Assembly: GCA_017441205.1 (NCBI GenBank)
Contig: JAFRYG010000150.1
Span: 3,931-67,930, forward strand
Direction of reading: 5' to 3'
Source: Pseudomonadota bacterium
GTDB lineage: Bacteria; Myxococcota_A; Bradymonadia; UBA4248
DNA length: 64,000 bases
The notes under the pieces are model-generated. The model made no database searches and was not told where the DNA came from. It saw nothing but the letters and a program-made list of their open reading frames with translations. Below, piece after piece: positions 21,601-27,899 of the stretch. Positions within the stretch are counted from its first letter, which is position 1. Every line of letters begins with the position of its first letter. A program made the translations under genes and the position numbers.

Positions 21601-21684
21601 CATAAAGATATCGGCACTCCGCTGAAATTCCTCAATGGAAGATGTCACCATTGCATCCTGACCCACATTGTTTTGCTCTTTCAT
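9679..21684 (-). CDS. Giant (about 4001 aa) tetratricopeptide-repeat (TPR) protein with an N-proximal (AEEAK/AEEAR)n coiled-coil-like repeat block.
   Basis: Uninterrupted 12 kb ORF. Start trimmed to MKEQNNVG, which is preceded by AGAGGAAG. Dozens of 34-residue TPR-like units (W-LG-Y--A--Y---L--P-N pattern, e.g. 'AIEAYRKMLEIDDMD', 'NWNELILIYKRK'). The repeat block is encoded by the 15/30-bp DNA tandem repeat at about 20490..21140. Confidence 0.85.
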   Translation of the reverse strand: MKEQNNVGQDAMVTSSIEEFQRSADIFMEKRQWKKLIKLHDDNPEFADWPGVVSTLMMAADNEDDAVKKSLLLHYCGQIYERKIQRPDEAITAYQMAVKAWIGRAESFDAARRIYRVNGNFKMVVKLLQLELKHTDSDSRKAELLMMLSLLCRNDIGDMAKAEEFEAKARAIDNEAVEKFVAKITAAAEAKAEKEAKAAEEAKAAEEAKAAEEAKAAEEAKAAEEARAAAEAKAAEEAKAAEEAKAAEEAKAAEEARAAAEAKAAEEARAAAEAKAAEEARAAAEAKAAEEARAAAEAKAAEEARAAEEAKAAEEARVAAEAKAAEEAKAAEEAKAAEEAKAAEEARAAAEAKAAEEAKAAEEARAAEEAKAAAEAKAAEEAKAAAEAKAAAEAKPAEAPRKVDEVKTEAARTLVNSDNVNSILECCETIYRLADLEQKDSIGDVAAKACDLISEIDEAWPLCDALEEVGSYEPLDATLAALVSKLPEESSKRILSADRADVLDLHLERRDEAVEIATPIAEGEDRAAYKAKAILAGKDRSELQTLTASMVEVLKKIRRTPEEVPMMLDLAHIYCDRLDSLRDAEEQFRRIKLAEPKNCRMLRFYCRYYESAGDWQRVLSTLQTLKVAVAGSYRELNVLRQIADVSENKLNNPNKAENIWKQMLKEGQFVDVAREELIGLYQRMQKWQGLLEIYKNDFEALEPDQKDARIEVLRKCIKIYDEQQHNDNQVIKAYHQILEIDPENMEAVNALIERYEASKRWNDLLKILTQKAETTTDKETAVEIYYRIANLWSDSLGNATRAIEPLTKVVEIDPTQRHALCKLHEAYEQRNNWANLYEIISKEVDVADNAEKVSLLKNQAEIAEEHLHSVEKAIDSWENMSKVLEDPSEALEELTRLYGKQGNYEALKSVYERALTCSHSESERVDNMEKIANLYLTHLDQRDKGLDTLHQMLGMDEGRDQALEQLTQLHRDAEEWDALIELYLEQGKAAELYELLDLTAGDLDNVDTQIDLYERQAKVALEHLNDRDMAVAAYEKILEVDPTHEKTAKRLLEFYMERGDHAKAIDAIQIIIAWTSNMEEKIAMHVQIANLYEESLGNIECAVNWYAKAVALAPNRGDLREHFESLVDKSESYALLGDVYGGLVKSGELDDTSRLGVHRVLARTCQQKLSKTEDAIASWEYCLNADERDLEAINALCELYEQSCSWDKLLAAVDRKLGLTEDDSEIINLSFKRANLLTTQLTQLDEAEKSYQRILDIDSSNLDALRGLKSIYDTTENWPKLVEILKREQELESDGRLELMFELAEIERTHLGQTDDAIQLYASILNEDPGHVRTIATLEELVRGGTEPGRIAQILEPVYEQAGSHAKQCEALEIRLKSLDKAEKVPVLWQIFDIRHDVLHDDVAAFDVSVRLFMLTPDDERVWDNLAMLAEGANDVSKWEQISALYADVPLDEEFNDDWRYELLRRRALIVEEKLGKEDDSIVLWEQLHAHEPEKIEPIQHLEKLYKSASMFEKLVKLYEFETELSDFSDDERIRIHLEAAQIYEDILEKPEDAIRIFRAVLEIDSTREEALNALERLYSSNEKWNELASLYEDELNIYSDSDRVEAIRSKLAGVYTEHLANYEGAIECYRAILEVKRDDEVIASADALLRKLVSVEDENAAEYRASICELLEPIYVEKSSMSELISLLRIKLADCDDNYEKVELNRRIAGILQKDLNDDRGAFDALKDALKLDVSDESLRADFESLALKLEQPEEIIHLYEGCLQSVEDEMLSVSLLKRMAGIYEDELHDSEHAIEAYRKMLEIDDMDASTLNALETLYTNEQKWPELIGILKRKADLGNGDEKVEILRKMATISNDCIGDVKSAIECYREILDNVSDDRDALNSLESLYSQTEDWENLSENYGVKLQLATDNDEKRSLLWKMANIQEERLDHKDDAIQNYVQILDIYPEDKEALDALDRLYLSMESYDDLTDILQKKLALNSDADNADAIEYRLGQVYQNKLDSVEQAIDYYKSILERHPEHAGALEALRGLLGNEDYRLDASRVLETVYERTEQSEKLADILEIQLSDESDPFAQVDLLKRIAGIHQDKLSNYEAAFKDYARIVKLSQEPDYIEQIENLSEILNNKAELVGVYKDVVGNVYDAELQVSFNNKIADMLKDHLEDEAQAETYYKATLEVQADDAHALDALDGIYTKRESWNDLLGILEAKLDAEMDGDKQIPLLYRVAEIQESLCGNHDDAIATYQRIIETDRSQTKAKDDLYVIYEKQEMWDDLSNLLRSEIDDATEESSKLDLKFKLARIQNEKLNDDYEAIQTLQEIIHENSEHADARAYLEELFEKGVSVSSIAEILEPLYQAGNDWHKLIHSLEVRAEHEEDEFSKAQILDEIAKTWLQNLSDKSKALETYGRILLLQPTDSNVQAKVEALAAQTGELQVWADLYTQVLEKNLVDDYNDKRVFMISLAKLLAERLDNHDKARELCRQMIAEEPEEAEAYDILEWSYAVKRDYKALLGLWIQKSEIMQDQDEKLGLMLRIATLQEEFEHDDMAACKTYQQMLEIDQNSSSAAAALERLYKKTEQFNELAEFYRQQSDYAASDDARVEYMHKLGVVLFRELHKTEEAIEVLGNALSIQPSSTACKRAVEKMLSATDATEENVELRKNMATMLEPLYSDDEWNKLARVLDVMIEVADDPMDKVNLYMRQAAIYEAHDSHHRRAFDTYAKAFVMDPNMADARCKLEEISPELENDAILAGVYEQAIQTCDDDVEKVALYERLAQIQKDSLNDLEKASECYEAILKLDEFHMNAICALEDLYARTAQHEKRVVVLKKHAENASNMIDQKDLYYQIAELQEKSLNQVDAAIQTYQSILDLDAEDQVALDALELLYQKTENWNELILIYKRKIDAATDSDSRVALGVKVACVYCNKLNDVDSAIENYVQALNENPDNLEILNALEELYGETKRYDDLLEILQNKADYAGKHEDSDLKHNTELKMANILIDDLNDNARAIEVLHAILQDDESNQDAIDLLNKLLANDGLVGEIASFLMPIYKNCQKDAEYVGLCERQIQVSSDDFEKRSLYLDAANVADEKLNDADKALGFIVSALLASPTDDEIIELAEKVTAHHECYGKMTELCEKVIGEANDPDATVKLSLIAARYYEQNLNDTDKTIVQFERVMDVDPLHESALENLHRLYKQTNQKEKLASILQRRVEAGAQPLNEIRFELVELKLESEPAAALELLKQILWEEADNENALHALEKLLCHKELTLDIAEFLEPYYTKTGENRKLVELLQAKVDMTEDPSDALMLLKQIAKLELEVLNDNRAAFATYVKALSKDPSDTEVLTAIEKIAEELGLWNELAQAYGKAIEAASDDSEKLVLYAKQAHVLAEHLENYEDAKVALNAIIEIDPENLDALHALESIYAKQGDNENLLNIKSRVADLTFVASDQKMVLYQCADLALNTLGQNERGMGFLERIIEIDDRAVDAIDPLLVLYSEAGAFDKYVDLLNKKLLTLSEDSDKLDVLMKIAQTNEVKLNDPAAAIDAYRSALEIRHDPQIYSALENIFVKHEQYQDLDDLYLAQIDDADDPKQKAAIRIKRAHIAAANFNDDLQAIDLLKEALADDPSSVEAFNALDDIYSRNGNFEELFELLKEQKEKATTEDAVLSFNIRIAKLAATHLGDPDKAIESLTEVIQAQPGNLEAIDSLIEIYEQQKSFDLAMGMLNHKLSCLQTDEDKSELHCHLARLLKTANWDVSQIEENYNAALRCNPKNEQALDALLDIAKNANNTSRQIELLNIRADNQTDDEARNKILLEIADVADTDADCAPMATAALAKVYASRPDDIDLGERLVNAYIKCNQTEQATQVLNTIIENLSAAKQNKRLPPFYSLKGRILKLNGDVAGARQAFEAASAIDKNNIPNNLELGILLYEVGDYENGLKTMTSLLLQQMNIKDKAVKTKIFYYLGMLRVKTNDPKRAKDMFNRALSVDPNHEPTKEALANLG
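20490..21140 (-). repeat. In-frame DNA tandem repeat (15-bp unit gcttcttccgcggcc and variants) encoding about 60 copies of AEEAK/AEEAR inside the giant TPR gene.
   Basis: Visible periodic DNA. The antisense frame gives a spurious poly-Ala/Ser ORF, 20537..21343. Confidence 0.85.
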
Positions 21685-21995
21685 GGCTTCCTCTAGGCAA
21701 CAATAATTATACCGGTGCGCGTGCACCTAAAAATGCGCATTATGTTCTATAACATCCAAAATTTGCATTCAAGCAAAGACCGATTATAAGGTAATTTTCC
21801 TTAAAATTCCCTTATTCTGTGCCATTTGCAGTGCGGTGGCCTATTGCATACGGCCACCAGTGTTTGTCTTTTGCCCTATGGGCAATACGACAAACAGCGC
21901 TTTTTTTCAATACCTTGTCGCAACGCCGCACAATACCTACATATCGCCTATCACATCTACCCCACTGTACCCGGGGTTACGCTGCGCTGTTCCTC

Positions 21996-22095
21996 AAACG
22001 TGTCGCGACACGTCTCTACGCATTACGAATTACGCATTCGCATTCGCATTAAATTAACCCAATAATCATCTGTACAGACGTGTCGCGACACGTCT
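21996..22095. promoter_or_regulatory. Duplicated palindromic candidate operator: aaACGTGTCGCGACACGTct at 21996..22015 and the perfect 20-bp palindrome AGACGTGTCGCGACACGTCT at 22076..22095. It lies in the divergent region between the giant TPR gene and glpK.
   Basis: Two copies about 80 bp apart, each followed by gcatt-type short repeats. They lie about 160-260 bp upstream of the glpK start. Confidence 0.4.
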
Positions 22096-22099
22096 CTAA

Positions 22100-22170
22100 G
22101 CATTAAGCATTAAGCATTATGCATTAAGCATTATGCATTAAGCATTATGCATTAAGCATTGTGCATTGCG
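22100..22170. repeat. Tandem heptanucleotide repeat (gcattaa/gcattat) x about 10 upstream of glpK.
   Basis: Direct inspection: gcattaagcattaagcattatgcattaagcattatgcattaagcattatgcattaagcattgtgcattgcg. Confidence 0.8.
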
Positions 22171-22257
22171 AATTACGTCGTACAAAACATCAAAATTGTT
22201 ATATACAATCCTCACACATCCCACGGGAATCCTATCCCCACGACAAGGAGTACCAAC

Positions 22258-23730
22258 ATGCAATACATTCTGGCCATCGATCAGGGCACGACATCCTCAA
22301 CTGTCATGATTATCGACGAAACGCTGGCTGTCTGCGGCACCGCATCCTGCGAATTTCCGCAGCATTATCCCAAACCGGACTTCGTCGAACACAATCCCGA
22401 CGAAATCTGGCAATCCGTCCTCGAAGCCATCGGCACTGCCATCGCCAGAGCCAGGATCGATGCGCGCCAGATTGCTGCCATCGGCCTGACAAACCAGCGC
22501 GAAACGACGCTCGTCTGGGATCGTCAGACCGGCAAATGCCTCTACAACGCCATCGTATGGCAGTGCCGAAGGACGACCGATACTTGCAAAAAGCTCAAGG
22601 AACGCGGCCTCGAACCCATGATCCGCACAAAAACCGGTCTCCTCTGCGATCCCTATTTTTCGGCCACCAAAATCCGCTGGATCCTCGATGAGACGGATTC
22701 TCAGGACAAAGCCGAAGCCGGCGCGCTCTGCTTTGGTACGATCGATACGTTCCTGCTCTGGCAGCTGACCAGCGGTCAGGTCCATGCGACCGAACGCTCC
22801 AACGCTTCGCGCACCCTGCTCATGAACCTCGAAACGCTCGACTGGGATGATGACCTGCTCGAAATCTTCCGCGTTCCGCGGACTATGCTGCCGCGCATTC
22901 TGAACAATGATGCCATTTTCGGCTACACCAAAGGCGTTCCGGGACTTCCCGACGGCATCCCCATTTCGGGCATCATGGGCGATCAGCAGGCCGCTCTGTT
23001 CGGTCAGATTTGCTTCAGTGCGGGAGATGCCAAATGTACCTTTGGCACAGGGGCATTTTTGCTCATGAATACGGGCAGCCACATCGTCCGTTCGCAGCAT
23101 GGTCTGCTTTCGACATGCGCATGGCAGCTCGGCAATCAGCCCACCTACGCACTCGAAGGCAGCGCATTCGTCGCCGGCGCCCTGGTCCAGTGGCTCCGCG
23201 ATGGCCTCGGCATCATTCAGTCCTCAGCCGAAGTCGAAGCACTCGCCAATACCGTCAGCGATTCCGGCGGCGTCATCCTCGTCCCCGCACTCACCGGACT
23301 CGGAGCCCCCCACTGGAATCCCAATGCCCGCGGCATCATTACCGGCATCACCCGGGCAACGACAAAGGGGCATATTGCCTACGCCGCACTGATGGGCATT
23401 TGTCAGCAGAATACGGATCTGCTCGAAGCCATGTCCAACGATCTGCATTCCAAACTCACGACCGTCCGCGTCGACGGCGGCGCAAGCATCAATAATCTCC
23501 TCATGCAGATGCAGGCAGATCTCCTCAATACCCACCTCGTGCGGCCACAAAATCTGCAGACGACAGCACAGGGCGCAGCCATGTGCGCAGCACTCGGCAC
23601 CGGTATGTTCAAATCCCTCGTGGATCTCCGCAAATCCTGGCAAGCCGACAGGGAATTCGCGCCGCAGATGCCGGATGCCCGGCGACTCGCAGCCCGCAGC
23701 GCCTGGAAGGATGCCGTTCAGAAGGCATAA
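22258..23730 (+). CDS. glpK: Glycerol kinase.
   Basis: AAGGAG RBS. N-terminus MQYILAIDQGTTSS (FGGY kinase signature). Full-length, about 490 aa. GTGAFLLMNTG and other conserved GlpK blocks. The track ORF 22159..23730 is trimmed to the conserved start. Confidence 0.93.
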   Translation: MQYILAIDQGTTSSTVMIIDETLAVCGTASCEFPQHYPKPDFVEHNPDEIWQSVLEAIGTAIARARIDARQIAAIGLTNQRETTLVWDRQTGKCLYNAIVWQCRRTTDTCKKLKERGLEPMIRTKTGLLCDPYFSATKIRWILDETDSQDKAEAGALCFGTIDTFLLWQLTSGQVHATERSNASRTLLMNLETLDWDDDLLEIFRVPRTMLPRILNNDAIFGYTKGVPGLPDGIPISGIMGDQQAALFGQICFSAGDAKCTFGTGAFLLMNTGSHIVRSQHGLLSTCAWQLGNQPTYALEGSAFVAGALVQWLRDGLGIIQSSAEVEALANTVSDSGGVILVPALTGLGAPHWNPNARGIITGITRATTKGHIAYAALMGICQQNTDLLEAMSNDLHSKLTTVRVDGGASINNLLMQMQADLLNTHLVRPQNLQTTAQGAAMCAALGTGMFKSLVDLRKSWQADREFAPQMPDARRLAARSAWKDAVQKA

Positions 23731-23735
23731 AAAAA

Positions 23736-23806
23736 GGCCGCCGCGTATCTCGCCGGCAGGCGGATAGCGGCGGCAGCCCGGGCGTATTTGTCAAAAAAGC
23801 CCGGGC
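23736..23806. repeat. REP-like element pair (ggccgccGCGTATCTcgccggcaggcgGATAGCggcggc, then gcccgggcGTATTTGtcaaaaaagcccgggc) between the convergent glpK and mnmG genes.
   Basis: Same asymmetric GCGTAT..ATAGC core inside GC stems. Confidence 0.55.
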
Positions 23807-23838
23807 CCCACAAGCCATACCCCCAAAGCCTCAAGAAC

Positions 23839-23858
23839 AGACGTTCCATGGAACGTCT
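23839..23858. other. Perfect 20-bp palindrome AGACGTTCCATGGAACGTCT, a member of the AGACGT...ACGTCT palindrome family.
   Basis: Direct inspection. Located between the convergent stops of glpK and mnmG. Confidence 0.5.
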
Positions 23859-23901
23859 CTCTTCTTCACTATTCCCGAATCATTCAAAGCTCAATGCTCA
23901 C

Positions 23902-25761
23902 CTACTTCTTCATCGTAATCCAGATGGCATTGATGGCCGCAGGCGTAATCCCCGAAATGCGCCCGGCTTCGCCGAGGCTGGCAGGCCGGTACTTGTTGAG
24001 TTTGGTCAGGACCTCCGTCGTCAGACCATGTACCGTCGAGTAGTCAAAATCCTTCGGAATGCGGCGGTTCTCCATATCGACAAACGCCTCAATCCGCGCA
24101 GCTTCGCGCTGAATGTAACCGTCAAATTTGGATCGCACCTCGACGCAGTGCCGGACGTCCGGCGAATAGGATGCAATTTCTGCATTGCCAGCGGCGAGCA
24201 TATCCATCGTGACTTCGGGCATCTTGATGAGCTGACCGAGATTCCCGGCCGTCGGCATCAAATCGGGATTCTCCAGACGGGTTCGGTCGATGTCGGCCGC
24301 GCGCAGTGTGACCAGCTTATCCGCAAGCTCCTGAATCTTCGCCATTTTTTCGCGATACCGGCGATAGTCGTCGTCCGAAAGCAGACCATACCGATGCCCG
24401 TATTCCGAAAGCCTGGCATCCGCATTGTCTTCGCGGAGGCTCAGCCGGAACTCCGCCCGGCTCGTAAACATCCGATAGGGTTCATCCGCACCGCGCATGA
24501 CGAGATCGTCGATCATCACGCCGATATAGGCCTCATCCCGGCGCAGAATAAAGGGTTCGTCGCCGCGCAGCCAGCAGGCCGCGTTGATGCCTGCCATCAG
24601 CCCCTGGGCCGCAGCTTCCTCATAGCCGCTCGTACAATTGATCTGTCCTGCAATAAAAATTGATGGAATCGCCCGCAGGGCCATGTTGTGCATCATCTGG
24701 CCGGACTCGATGGCATCGTACTCGACAGCATAAGCAGGCCGAATCACATGCGCATGCTCAAATCCGGGAATGCTGTGAAGGAATGCCATCTGCACGTCGA
24801 ACGGCAGGGATGATGATATGCCTGCCGGATAGATCTCGTCCGTTTGCAGCCCCATGGGTTCGATAAAAATCTGATGCCGATCCTTATCGGCAAAGCGAAA
24901 GACCTTGTCCTCAATGCTCGGACAGTACCGGGGACCGATGCCATGGATCGTACCGTTGAACAGAGGGGATCGTTCGCGCGCAGCGCGGATGATTTCGTGC
25001 GTCTGCGGCGTCGTATAGGCAATGTGGCATGGCACCTGTTCCAGGAGAGGCGCATCCCCATAAAAGCTCAGGCGCGTGATGGTATCGTCGCCGGGCTGAA
25101 CCTCAAACTGCGAAAAGTCCAGGCTGTGCGCCGAAATTCTCGGCGGTGTCCCGGTCTTGAGGCGCTTGAGTCCGATCCCCATGACTTCGAGGCTGTGGCT
25201 CAGACGAACGCTCACGCCATCGCCGGAACGACCGGCTTCAAAATGATGCTCGCCGATGTGACACAGCCCTCTCAAAAAAGTCCCCGTGCATAGAATGACA
25301 CAGCGCGCTTTATAGAGCACGCCGCCATCGACGATGACGCCCGCAGCAGTGCCATTCTCAAGGAGGACGTCCTCCACCCTTCCCTGAAGCAAAAAGATGT
25401 TGGGATGTGAGGACAGAACCCGAAGCATCTCCCTGCGGTACAGACGAGTGTCGCACTGCACGCGCGAAGACCTGACGGCAGGCCCTTTGCTCGCGTTGAG
25501 CGTTCTGTACTGAATGGCAGCAGCATCCGCAACGCGCGCCATGATGCCGCCCAGTGCATCGATCTCTTTGGTCAGGTGGCCTTTGGCAATCCCGCCGATC
25601 GAAGGATTGCAGCTCATCTGGGCTATCCGATCGATGTCCAGCGTAATTAAAAGAACCCGAAAATCACTCTGTGCTGCTGCCCAGGCAGCCTCACAGCCGG
25701 CATGACCGCCACCTACGACGATGACGTCAAAATCCGCCGGATACGTCATATACTCAGACAT
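23902..25761 (-). CDS. mnmG: tRNA uridine-5-carboxymethylaminomethyl modification enzyme MnmG (GidA).
   Basis: N-terminal FAD-binding FDVIVVGGGHAGCEAA. GIAKGHLTKE. About 620 aa, the canonical length with conserved blocks throughout. Confidence 0.93.
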   Translation of the reverse strand: MSEYMTYPADFDVIVVGGGHAGCEAAWAAAQSDFRVLLITLDIDRIAQMSCNPSIGGIAKGHLTKEIDALGGIMARVADAAAIQYRTLNASKGPAVRSSRVQCDTRLYRREMLRVLSSHPNIFLLQGRVEDVLLENGTAAGVIVDGGVLYKARCVILCTGTFLRGLCHIGEHHFEAGRSGDGVSVRLSHSLEVMGIGLKRLKTGTPPRISAHSLDFSQFEVQPGDDTITRLSFYGDAPLLEQVPCHIAYTTPQTHEIIRAARERSPLFNGTIHGIGPRYCPSIEDKVFRFADKDRHQIFIEPMGLQTDEIYPAGISSSLPFDVQMAFLHSIPGFEHAHVIRPAYAVEYDAIESGQMMHNMALRAIPSIFIAGQINCTSGYEEAAAQGLMAGINAACWLRGDEPFILRRDEAYIGVMIDDLVMRGADEPYRMFTSRAEFRLSLREDNADARLSEYGHRYGLLSDDDYRRYREKMAKIQELADKLVTLRAADIDRTRLENPDLMPTAGNLGQLIKMPEVTMDMLAAGNAEIASYSPDVRHCVEVRSKFDGYIQREAARIEAFVDMENRRIPKDFDYSTVHGLTTEVLTKLNKYRPASLGEAGRISGITPAAINAIWITMKK

Positions 25762-25776
25762 GATCAGACATTTTCC

Positions 25777-26142
25777 CTATGGAGCCGGTTGCAGAATAAC
25801 CTCAGAAAGCGACTTCCTGAATTCCTCGACAGTGCCGTTCTGGCAATGCTGCGTTGCTTCATGGAGTCCCATGCTCGTCGTAAAAATCCGCCGCGCTTCT
25901 TCCGGCTCTGAGCTGCTGATGCGAAGAACTGCAGAACTGAGCGACTTCCTGTTCGCATCGAGATAGGCCAAAAGCTCCTTACCCATGGTCGAACAATCCG
26001 CCCGATGCGTCTCCGCTATCGTCTGCATATTGTCAAAATGCTGCGCAATCACTGCGCTCGACGAACTGCATCCGGCTGCGGCAATGCACATCAGCCCGCC
26101 CAGAAATAAACCAAATATCCGATTCATAGCACCGCTCTTCAT
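25777..26142 (-). CDS. Small lipoprotein of unknown function. It lies in an apparent operon between the M49-like peptidase gene and mnmG.
   Basis: Signal peptide plus lipobox, MNRIFGLFLGGLMCIAAAGC. The true start may be the internal Met at 26127. There is a 6-bp gap to the upstream gene and a 15-bp gap to mnmG. Confidence 0.55.
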   Translation of the reverse strand: MKSGAMNRIFGLFLGGLMCIAAAGCSSSSAVIAQHFDNMQTIAETHRADCSTMGKELLAYLDANRKSLSSAVLRISSSEPEEARRIFTTSMGLHEATQHCQNGTVEEFRKSLSEVILQPAP

Positions 26143-26148
26143 GAATGC

Positions 26149-27711
26149 TTACGACTGAAAGAAACTGGCGTCCTCTGCCTCATACTTGCATGCGATATCG
26201 ACGGGAAGCGCACTGAGCGTCTGGAACTTCTGCTCAACCCCATCCGGCAGAACAACATATTTGTTCAAAAATGCCTGCGCAGCCTCGTGATCACCTTCAT
26301 ATTCCAGATTCATGATGATCTTTACAAGCTCCGAAACCGCATCGGGAACTTTCTCACAGTTCACGCCGAATATGCCGTCTTTCTCATAAACAGCCCCCTT
26401 TTCCATCAGGAAATTGAGCTGAATTGCATTGGCGCGGGCATGTGCCTGATTCAGTCCAAAACGCATCGAACGGAAAAATCCCGCCAGCATCGTTGCATAC
26501 GTTTCGACCATATCCTGTTCCGTCAGCTCGCCGCGTTCGTGCAGCCAGTGTACCAGATAATACGACGTCATATCCGCCTTGCATTCCTCAATGGCTGAAT
26601 ACGTCTCAGCCAGACGGTGAATGATCGTATCTGCGGAATTTCTGACCGCCTTTGGCCCGAGGCTATGCCCCGTTTCATGCATGATGGTATGGCGGAAAAA
26701 TGCCTCAAACGTCACATTTTCAAACACATCCGGGACCAGGAACTGCTCGGCAAGAGGCTTGAGAATCGCCTCGAACTTCGCTTCCTGAACATTCTTCATC
26801 ATGACCTTTTTCGTCCCGAACTTCTGGATAACTTCCGGATCATTGGGCAGCACAAACGCCAGCGTCTGAACGCCCACGCGGGCTTCGCCCGCAGCCGAAA
26901 GCAAATCGATGACGACAAACGGCGAGGACTGACCGCTGACGCGCGTCTTCTTCATTTCGGCCGAAATCGGAAGCGCCGCCTGCATCTCCTCGACGAGCGA
27001 GGCAATATGCGCCAGTCTTTCAGTTTCGCGGGCATTCCGGTATCCAATAAAGGCCTCGAACGTCGCTTTATAGCCAAACAACTGATCTTCGTATGTTTCA
27101 TACGGCCCAAAGACGACCTCGATATCCGAGTTGTCCAGACCGATCCATGCCCCGTCGCTCTCGACATAATTGTTGCTCAAAAGTGCCTCAGAACGCGCCT
27201 GCAGATAATGGCGCAGCGACGGATTCACGGCCATCCCGGCCGCTTCCTGAAGCAGTTTTGCCGCTTTCTCGAGTTCCAGAGCATACGCATGACTGTAGGG
27301 AATGCTCACCAGACGTCCATTGCGCCGGCGAATCAGCGTCGTAAAACTCATGAACGATTCCCGGTCTTCCGGATGCGCATCAAGCCACCCATTGAACTCC
27401 TCGCGCGTCATATCCGCCGGATAAAATCCTGCACCAAGCGGCTTCGTGATGTTCCCGTAAAACGGCTTGTCACCATCAAAACGATCCCAGGGACCACCCA
27501 TAATCGCAAAGCTCTCGATGAGCTTGCGGGAATGAGAATCCTCTATTTCCTGCTTGAATTGCGGGTTGTAGTGCGAAACCTGTCGCAGATAAATCGGATT
27601 CAAAAATGATGCCGCACGGATGAGCAGCGCAAGCACCGCACGATCCTCGGGACGAATCGACTCCAAATCGGCATGAAGATGAACATGGGCAAATTTATCA
27701 CAAACAAACAT
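26149..27711 (-). CDS. Cytoplasmic HEXXH zinc metallopeptidase, DPP III / M49-like.
   Basis: HETGH zinc motif with downstream EECKAD (the E-E-x-K/R-A-D/E third-ligand block typical of M49). No signal peptide. Start trimmed to MFVCDKF, which is preceded by AAGGAT. The family assignment is made from motifs only. Confidence 0.6.
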   Translation of the reverse strand: MFVCDKFAHVHLHADLESIRPEDRAVLALLIRAASFLNPIYLRQVSHYNPQFKQEIEDSHSRKLIESFAIMGGPWDRFDGDKPFYGNITKPLGAGFYPADMTREEFNGWLDAHPEDRESFMSFTTLIRRRNGRLVSIPYSHAYALELEKAAKLLQEAAGMAVNPSLRHYLQARSEALLSNNYVESDGAWIGLDNSDIEVVFGPYETYEDQLFGYKATFEAFIGYRNARETERLAHIASLVEEMQAALPISAEMKKTRVSGQSSPFVVIDLLSAAGEARVGVQTLAFVLPNDPEVIQKFGTKKVMMKNVQEAKFEAILKPLAEQFLVPDVFENVTFEAFFRHTIMHETGHSLGPKAVRNSADTIIHRLAETYSAIEECKADMTSYYLVHWLHERGELTEQDMVETYATMLAGFFRSMRFGLNQAHARANAIQLNFLMEKGAVYEKDGIFGVNCEKVPDAVSELVKIIMNLEYEGDHEAAQAFLNKYVVLPDGVEQKFQTLSALPVDIACKYEAEDASFFQS

Positions 27712-27899
27712 AACACTATCCTTAAAACTGATTTGCGGTTCAGCAAACACAAATTTTTATTCTATAAAACATCTCAGCCCATACGGAACAAAAAAAATGG
27801 TTTTTTGAATTTTTTTGTTCAGGGCCAGCCCGACGAACCGAACAAAGTGCGCAAACACATCTGCAGCGCAGACACATCTACATCGATATCGCCCATCTC

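Noticed and set aside
22100-22170. Possible CRISPR or minisatellite.
   Set aside because: It is a 7-bp unit with no spacers. I call it a simple tandem heptamer repeat in a promoter region.
22159-22257. N-terminal 33-codon extension of glpK in the track ORF.
   Set aside because: The conserved GlpK N-terminus (MQYILAIDQGTTSS) begins at 22258, directly after an AAGGAG RBS. The extension covers the promoter and repeat region.
23838-23858. Perfect palindrome as a rho-independent terminator for glpK or mnmG.
   Set aside because: No T-run follows on either strand. I keep it as a palindromic site of unknown function, not a terminator call.
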